Positions 56,061-64,000 of a stretch of DNA of 64,000 bases are shown here, in pieces (within the stretch, counting starts at the first letter, position 1; every line of letters starts with the position of its first letter). The stretch covers positions 35,526,001 to 35,590,000 of the forward strand of contig OZ336882.1 of the NCBI GenBank assembly GCA_965287045.1, given 5' to 3'. The notes below the pieces were generated by a model. The model had not been told where the DNA came from. It made no database searches and saw only the letters and a list, made by a program, of their open reading frames with translations. The position numbers and the translations under genes were made by a program. The stretch is from Carcharhinus amblyrhynchos (Eukaryota).

Positions 56061-56824
56061 TTCATAAGTTTGGCCTGAATAGTATATTATTCTATCCTTA
56101 ATAGCCAACTTATCCCAAGATATTGGGTGACTGTGCGAAGTTTGATCAATCCAATCAAATACTTCCCCGTTCCCTCCAAGAGGATGTTTACTCCACAAGG
56201 CTTAGAGAAGACAGAAGATAGGGAAACTTAACAGGCATGACTGTAGGCTAATCACGTCCATCATCCCTCATCCTCAAATTTAAATATTTGCCTACAAGCT
56301 GCATGTTTAAATTTTGTAAATTATGTGATGATCAGCTAACACACTAGCTGGTTGAGCATGGCAACTGCCAGGCATTGGTGAGGTTGTGTAAAAGCTTAAA
56401 AATGCAGACGAGCAGCTTTGTTTCCTTTAAAAAAATCTTTGAAGACAGGTGCTGCCAAGAGAATAAAACCTCTGGACCAAAAGTGGCTCAATGGTATTAA
56501 AATCATTCTTGAAACAAGTACTCAAGTAAACAGACTAGGTAAATTAATATCCCCAGCAAAACTCAAAGTGAGCATGAGGACCTTTTCTTGAGCCCGTAGA
56601 TGGCAGGGAGGTAAGACACCACAGCCATTGCTTGGATTCACTGACAAATTAACAGATCTTAAGCTAAATACTTGAGTAACTATACAAGCCTAATTATGCA
56701 GAACAATCTTTGTACCACAAGTAATAAAATATGAAATGGCCAGACATCCATGTAAAACAAAACGTCTGTCTTTTTGAAATGCCAGAACACCATACAAGTT
56801 GTCATTTGGGAAATACTGCAAGGA

Positions 56825-57100
56825 AGGTGGCATGGTGGCACAGTGATTACCACACTGCCTCAGTGCCAGGGACCCAGGTTCAATTCCCAGTTTGGGTCAC
56901 TGTGCAGAGGCTGCGCACTCATGTCTGCGTCAGTTTCCACCAGTTTCCTCCCACAGTCCGAAAGGCATGTTTGGATGGTCCGTTAGCCATGCTAAATTCT
57001 CCCTCAGTGTATCCAAACAGGCACCAGAGTGTGGGGAGTGGGGAATTTTCAAAGTAACTTCATTGCAATATTAATGTAAGCCTACTTGTGACACTAGTAA
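56825..57100 (+). mobile_element. HE1-type V-SINE with alternative tail (same subtype as 34885)
   Basis: ggtggcacagtg...gggacccaggttcaattccc; tail aacttcattgcaatattaatgtaagcctacttgtgacac. Confidence 0.85.
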
Positions 57101-57104
57101 AAGC

Positions 57105-57395
57105 TCAACCCCAAGGCTCCTTTCGCTGCACTTTTCAAACCCATGACCACTAGCATCTAGAAGAACCAGAGCAGTAGTCACGTGGGAACACCACCATCTG
57201 CAAGTTCTTCAAGTCACACGCCATCCTGACTTGGAACTATATTGTCGTTCCTTCACTGTTGCTGGATCAAAATCCTGGAACTTCCTTCCCAACAGCATGG
57301 TGGGAATATCTAGACCACGTGGTCTGCAACAGTTTAAAAAGATAGCTCACCACTCAAGGATTATTAGGTATGGGAAATAAATACAGCATAGCTGG
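57105..57395 (+). mobile_element. LINE 3' end (L2/CR1-like; tail family shared with 6760-6850)
   Basis: gggaacaccaccatctgcaagtt...tcaaaatcctggaact...gctcaccac. Confidence 0.65.
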
Positions 57396-57399
57396 CAGG

Positions 57400-58778
57400 G
57401 GTACTTGCAGACATTTTCAACCTCTCTTCACAACAATGTGGTGTCCCTATCTTCCTCAAGGCAACGACCATCACCCCAGTATCAAAGAAAAGCCAAGTAG
57501 CATGCCTTAATGACTTTGAAAGTGCTTCAAAACGTCAGTCATGGCATGAATCAATTCTTGCCTGCCAGATTGCCTGGATCCACTACAGTTAGCCTAATGC
57601 TGCAATAGGTCCACAGCAGACACCATTTCCCTGGCCTGCACTCAACCTTGGAACGCCTAGATAACGAAGACATCTATAATCAGGCTCCTATTTATCAATT
57701 ACAGCTCAGTCTTCAACACCATTATTCCTACCAAACTCATCTACAAACTCCACGGCCTGGAGCTCAGCTCCTCCCTCTGCGACCAGATCCTGAATTTCTT
57801 AACTCTCAGATCACAATCAGCAAGGATAGACAACAATACCACTCCACAAATCATCCTTAACACCGGTGTCCCACAAGGCTGTGTCCTCAGCCCCTTATTA
57901 TACTCCTTATACACCCATGACTAAGTGGCCTCCAACTCCATTTTCAGGTTTGCTGATGACACCACCATAATGGGTCAGATCTCAAACAACGATGAGACTG
58001 ATTTCAGAAATGAGAGAGAATCTCGTGGACTGGTGAGATGATAATCTCTTTCTCAATGTCAACAAACTGAAGGAAATAGTCATTGACTTCAGGAAGTGCA
58101 GTGGAGGACATGCTCCTGTCTACATCAATGGGGAAGAAATAGAAATAGTTGAGAGTTTCAAGTTTTTAGGTGTTTAGATCAACAACAACCTGCCCTGGTC
58201 CCCCGACGCCGACACTATCGTTAAGAAAGCCCAACCTCTGAGAAATCCTCTACTTTCTCAGAAGACTAAGGAAATTTAGTAACGGCCACTATGACTCTCA
58301 CCAGATTTTACAGATACACCATAGAAAGTATTCTTTCTGGTTGTATCACAGCTTGGTATGGCTCCTGCTCTATTCAAGACCACGAGAAACTACAAGGGTC
58401 GTGAATGAAGCTCAGTCCACCACTGAAACCAACCTCTCACCCATTGACACTGTCTACACTTCCTGCTGCCTCGGAATAGCCACCAGCATAATTAAGGACC
58501 CCAGGCACGCTCTCTTCCACCTTCTTCCATCGGGAAAACGACAAAGTTTGAGGACATGTACTGACTAACTCAAGAACAGTTTATTCCCTGCTGGGAGACT
58601 TTTGAATGGCCCTACCTTGCATTAAGTTGATCTTTGTATACACCCTAGCTGTGACTGTAACACTACATTCTGCACGCCTTCCTTTCTTTATGGGCAGTAT
58701 GCTTTATCTGTATAGAGTGCAAGAAACAATATTTTCATTGTATACCAATACATGTGACAATAATAATTCAAATCAAAG
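57400..58778 (+). mobile_element. Rex1/Babar-type LINE, RT to 3' end, with frameshifts and stops
   Basis: TGVPQGCVLSPLLYSLYTHD, FADDTT, LNVNKLKEIVIDFRK, VESFKFLGV motifs. Confidence 0.85.
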
Positions 58779-59525
58779 AGTTTTTAATACATCCGAGGTT
58801 TTCAGACAAGTTAGTCTGCCAGGATCTGAAACAGCAAGCAACTAGGGACTGCAAGTATCTGGTTCACAGTACAGGAATGCAGGTGGGAGCTTATGCTTGC
58901 ACTGAGAAGACCAAGTCATAAATTAAAAGTGAGGCTAGATTTGCCTTGTTTGAGATACAGAGAATCACCAGGCAAACCCCACACAATGAAAAGATAGTTC
59001 TGGGGTTAAAAGTTACCTGACCAGAAAAGGAAATGAAGTAAAGCTTAAAGAAGTTATGAATCACATTGGACTCTGTCCAGGAAAATCGAATGACTGCTAA
59101 AGGGACAGTGCACACAGTCTACCTGCAAAGTGCTTTTCAATTGCATTGAAAGTAAATGGAAAAATTCTGTTCTTTAGTTTAAAGTACAAGCTGCTTAAAA
59201 CAAGAGTGTTTAGTGCTTTGTCTGCTACATTAAAAGTTTTAAATGTGAAATATTGTTACCATTTCAGTTATCAATAAGAAGTTTGAATTTCTTCCTTTTC
59301 AAACTCAGTCCTTACAAAAATCGTAACTGTTTGTAAATCTCATTAACCTCCAATACCTATGGTCGGGGGGAGTTTTAATTCCCTTTTTTCTTCCAGACAT
59401 GAACAGCTCAGAGGCGTCAGAGTTTACTACTTTCCATTCAAGTCTCTATAAATGAACAAGACTACATATGATCCATGAGCCTTTTGTAGGTTTCTTCTAG
59501 AACATCCAAAAATATTTTACACACA

Positions 59526-59830
59526 GGCAGCACAATGGTTAGCACTGCTACCTCTTAGCACCAGGGGCCTAGGTTCAATTCTGTCCTTGGGTCAGTGTCT
59601 GTGTGGAGTTTGCACATTTTCCCAGTGTCTGCATGGGTTTCCTCTGGGTGCTTTGGTTTCTTCCCACAGTCCAATGGTGTGTTGGTTAGCTTGATTGGCC
59701 ATGCTAAATTGTCAGGGGATTAACAGGAAAACGTGGGTTTGTGGGAATAGGCTTTGTGTGGGATTGTAGTTGGTGCAGACTCGATGGGCTGAATGGCTTT
59801 CTTCTGCAGTGTAGGGATTCTATTCTATGG
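59526..59830 (+). mobile_element. HE1-type V-SINE, full length, with CR1-type tail
   Basis: ggcagcacaatggttagcactgct...ggttcaattc; V-domain; gtgcagactcgatgggctgaatggc...gggattctattctatg. Confidence 0.9.
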
Positions 59831-62614
59831 ATTCAGTTGTGCAGATGAGGAGCATGCATTTGGGAGCTTGAAGATAATTTATAACAAGTTAAGTGGCATA
59901 TATAGGACTAAGAATTTTCACTCATCATAAGAAGAACATTTTGAGCACAAGAAGCTTCTACAATTGAAAGCATGCATTCTTATCTGAATCAAATTTATTC
60001 AGCAACACAAGTCAGATAATTACAAAATATCAAAAATGATCATGAGGGGTCAAGGTTTATTCAAGTCATGATCATCACGGTCCGAATTAGATTGCACCAA
60101 TCCCTTTAAAAACTTTATAGCATACATACAAACTGCATTTTTGACATTAGTGTGGCATAGAGATCAATTTGCAATTGAGCAGTCCAAAGCTACAATGATG
60201 GTTTGCATGACACATTAGTTACACAAGTTAGTCACAGAATTCAAACTGCAGTGCAATCTTAAAATTAACACTATCAGAACTGAAGCAAAACCTTTGCTTA
60301 GTGCTATGATGTCTTCTAAAACTCAGTCACAAAACAATTTAAGACTGCTACAATGAATTACATATGCCAACCATGAATTGAATGCACGAGTGTTGGTGAA
60401 AACCACCATTCACAACATAACATCTTACACTTAACACTTAAACGCAAGAGGAATGGAGAGGAGGTATGCAGCAAAAGTTTACTGAAATAGGAAAGGACAA
60501 AAATAAAATATGAAGAGGTTAAGCTATCAATAAATTCACTTCCAGTTACATCTTTATGGGCACACATCACTTTTTATTCATTCTCTGTTCTACCAGATGG
60601 ATCATCGACAATACAACTTTCAATTATACTATCTAAACACAATTACCATAAATAAGTCAACTGATGCTGTTCTTGGGCTGGAAATAATTTGGTAAAATAT
60701 GCAGCAACATTCTGCTATTTAAGTAGATTTTATTTTGACAAAGTTACAGAAAAATCTGTTATTTTGTAGTAAGAAGGGTTCTCAGGAACAATAATTAATA
60801 TTCTCAAAGCAACTGAACATCAATTCCTATCCAATGCTTCAAATTGAGAATTTCTTGACGTAAACGATAATGGATTCCAAAACAATTCTAGAACTCAGGG
60901 TAGAGTAAGCCATTGAATAAAATTATTAGTTGCATTTAGTTTTACTCGGAATAAAAGCAGTATGGTAATCAATTTAATCATTGTATGTTTAAAGCATCCA
61001 TATCGTAACTTAGTAACATTTCAAGAATTACAAAGATTTGTTTTGCAACACTACTATTATGTACTAACATGTTTCCTGCAAACCCCACTTATGTTGAGAG
61101 GACAAGGGCTGCTACAACTTCCCTCCCTTCCACCCTCCCCTATGTGACCCCTCAGATTTTGTGACTCCAGAGTGAACATTTGTGGGGGAGACACATTAGG
61201 TGCGGTGGGAGTGGGGATTGGAGACTGCTGGATTGCCCTGAAACAGTGAAGACCAACCTTTGTTTACAGGCTGTGGTTGTGGCAGCAAACCAACCTCACA
61301 AAAGAAGATTCTGTGGTGGTGGTAAGTACAACACAGAATTTATTGGATTTGTATAACACTATTCAGGAAAATGGAGTGTTTTAAGCAGTTGCAAGAAGTC
61401 TGGGGTTTCCAGCTAAAGCACCATCAAAAACGATGTGTTGAAAAATCTGAACTTTCAATCAAGCAAATCCTGTAACCACAAGGCAAAAGGATTTTCAGAT
61501 CTAGTGAAGTTGCTGAGAAAAGTGAAGTTTCATTTTCCAGTGTGTTCCAAAGCTGACAAAGATTTAAGACTATTTCTAATCGACAATTTGCAGCAAGGAA
61601 TCCCAGCACAGCTTCAGGCACAGGAACAAAAATTCCCCCCATTCTCCTCAATCTTGATTCCAAACAAACCAAGCACAATGTCCTTAGATATTATTACAAC
61701 CAAGACAAAAAAATCTCCCTTCTCACCACAAATGGGTGGACTGTCTCTAGATGTGAAATACTTTAATTACTGATATTTTAGCTGCAAGACAAAATTAACC
61801 TCAATCAATAGAAATGAGGAGGAATATGCTTGAGCTAAAACAAGTTATGTTTGTTTCCATTACCATTTTAATGGACACCAAACACTGCTGGCATTCATTT
61901 GGAGATGTGTCTAATGTATGCTATCACGGAGGTTCAGTGAATTCATCCCATGACCACCTGAAGCATAGGTGGCCATTATCCCCATTACTCCCCTGCTTTT
62001 TTCACACCTATTCAGTACCTGATTATAGATCTACTCCTCTACCATCCTGCGGTAGAGGCACCGTTCCACAGAAGCGTGCAGACAAAAGTCTCGCTGCCAG
62101 AGAAATAATTCTATGTTTGTAATATGGTACCACCATACTGCTAAGCGCACAAAACTAGGTATCTAGGAGAAACCAAGCCAAAAGTGAAATTTTATATCGT
62201 CATAGCCAGGAACATTATGACCAGCATATGATTTGTTCCTTGCTCACTATCAAGTCAGCTTATCTTACAAAGATCAATAACTACTTCACAATGACTCAAG
62301 GATCAAACAACACTTTCAGCAAAATGTATCAATTTTACGGATGTCTATTAACTGTAATCAACTTTCTCTACCACTGTAGAAATAATCCTGGTATGCAAGA
62401 TCCCTGTTCATAACGATCGTTTACCCAATGTTAACATTATCTTGGCAGATCTACATTAGGCATATTTTGACTAACACCCTTAAGATGGGGGAGTTCAAAA
62501 CGGCATGCAGTACTCACTGACCAAACTCTTCACTATCTTTATTCCCAACTTCTGTACAATTTGAGCTGTGTGTGTCTAAATTCAAAATTCTACAGGGTTA
62601 ATTTGTCATAAAAT

Positions 62615-63310
62615 TGTTTGAAATGCAGATTTAATGACACTGTTCTGAAGACTGTACACAGGTATAGAGGAACCTCAATGTACATACATAGACCTTTGAA
62701 GGCAACAGGACATATTGAGAAAGTGGTTAGTAAAGCACATGGGACTGTGGGCGTCAGAGTACAAAAGCAGGGGTTTGTGCCAAACCTTTATAAAGCTCTA
62801 GTTAAGCCACAACTAGAGTGCAACATCCAGTGCTGGTCAACACATTTTAGAAAGGATAGGAGAATTCTTGAAAGAGAGCAGAGATTTACCAGAATGGTTC
62901 CAGGGACAGGGAATAAGCACAAGGGTAAGCTGGGGAAGCTAGGATTATTTGCTTAGGGGCAGGAGATTGGGGTATATTTAATAGAGGTGCTTGGTTATGG
63001 TGGACAACGCAAAGTTGTTCCTGTTCGTTGACAAGGGCTAGGAAAGACAGGTAAGGTTTTGGGCAAGGTAGAGGAAATGCAAGGAAGAGCTTTCTTTTAA
63101 TGAAAATGGAAATGCCTTGGAATTCAATGCTTGCAAGGTAATGGGAACATAAACGATCATTGATTTCAAAACTAAATTGGGTGGTTGCTTGAAGGAAATA
63201 AACTTGTAGGCCAAGGGGATACAGCTAGAAAATGGAACTGGCTGGACTGCTTCACGAAGAGATGGCTGAAAACTTGATGGACCGAATAGCCTTCTCCAGT
63301 GCCATAAATG
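62615..63310 (+). mobile_element. CR1 LINE 3' fragment
   Basis: LYKALVKPQLECNIQCWSTHFRKD...RFTRMVPG peptide; ggaccgaatagccttc tail. Confidence 0.85.
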
Positions 63311-64000
63311 ACCACAATCGCATTTGTTATAATGCAGAAAGAAATAAAAACACAGCACGCATCTTTCCTGTCTTTGAGACACCCCAAAGAGCGTCAAAAC
63401 TAAAATAATTGAGTATAGGCACTGTTGTAATGTCAAGAAAGCAAGCAACTTAAGGTTATGAATCAACATGAATTATATTAACAAACGTGACGAAACTGTA
63501 GATGATTTGACACCATGTTACTTAAGGACTGTTCTCCCAAGTAATATTTTAGGGGGAAGCTTTAATGTGATTAAAATAGGTTTCATCATTAACTTACACT
63601 ATTGCTTCAATTTTCTGCTTCCCTTTCCCAATCAATTTTTTGGGAATGTGAACAAGGATAAAATTGATGGTTAAACCAAACAACAATTTGGATCTATGGA
63701 TGCCAGCTAATAAAATCTTAAAAATAAATATAACTACATGCAAGTTTAATTTACAGTTAACAAATATTGAGGTTGTTTCCACAGGGCACTTCCATCTATT
63801 GATTCTTTGTAGGTTAATTTAGATTCACAATGTAAAAGGTCCTTACTGCAAGCTTTCATGAAACCGCAGACAGTCTCTTAACAGCCCAGTCTTTAACCTG
63901 AGGAAAAAATATGGGGGGCGGTGGTGGTGGTGAAATGGATCCCCAAACGACCAACCCTCACCAATGACAACAAAACATACTGCGTACCACAATAAACATA

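Noticed and set aside
1-64000. Prokaryotic systems (CRISPR arrays, operons, retrons) or rRNA/tRNA genes
   Set aside because: This is spliceosomal-intron vertebrate DNA with no regularly spaced repeat-spacer array. The tRNA-like A/B boxes all belong to SINE heads.
48646-64000. ANKHD1 exons 1-2 or promoter CpG island
   Set aside because: No VESFILDQEDL/DPETQARLEALLEAA coding sequence or CpG island was seen; they presumably lie beyond the window.

Overview
Eukaryotic, AT-rich vertebrate genomic DNA. The repeat content (HE1-type V-SINEs, SacSINE1-like DeuSINEs, CR1, L2, Rex1/Babar and Penelope-like fragments) points to a cartilaginous fish, probably a shark. The whole window lies inside one minus-strand gene, ANKHD1 (MASK1). 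I traced 18 consecutive coding exons (human-equivalent exons about 3-20, 48645 down to 1689, 3293 nt). All have GT-AG boundaries and matching phases, and they encode both ankyrin blocks plus the coiled-coil/Q-rich linker. Exons 1-2 and the KH-domain 3' half lie outside the window. The most interesting signals are in the introns: (i) a chain of candidate micro/mini-exons (22, 5, 43/47 and 14 nt) in intron 15 that break the frame alone but give open in-frame inserts in combination; (ii) a candidate poison exon in intron 14; (iii) a purine-rich exon-3 acceptor with a perfect TACTAAC branch point and in-frame alternative AGs; (iv) a young TSD-flanked CR1 LINE whose structured 3' region contains a V-SINE core; (v) Penelope-like pieces, including a foldback, a hammerhead-like core and a 23-bp micro-inversion. 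All calls were made by eye. Repeat boundaries are approximate, and family names and human comparisons are from memory, not database searches.
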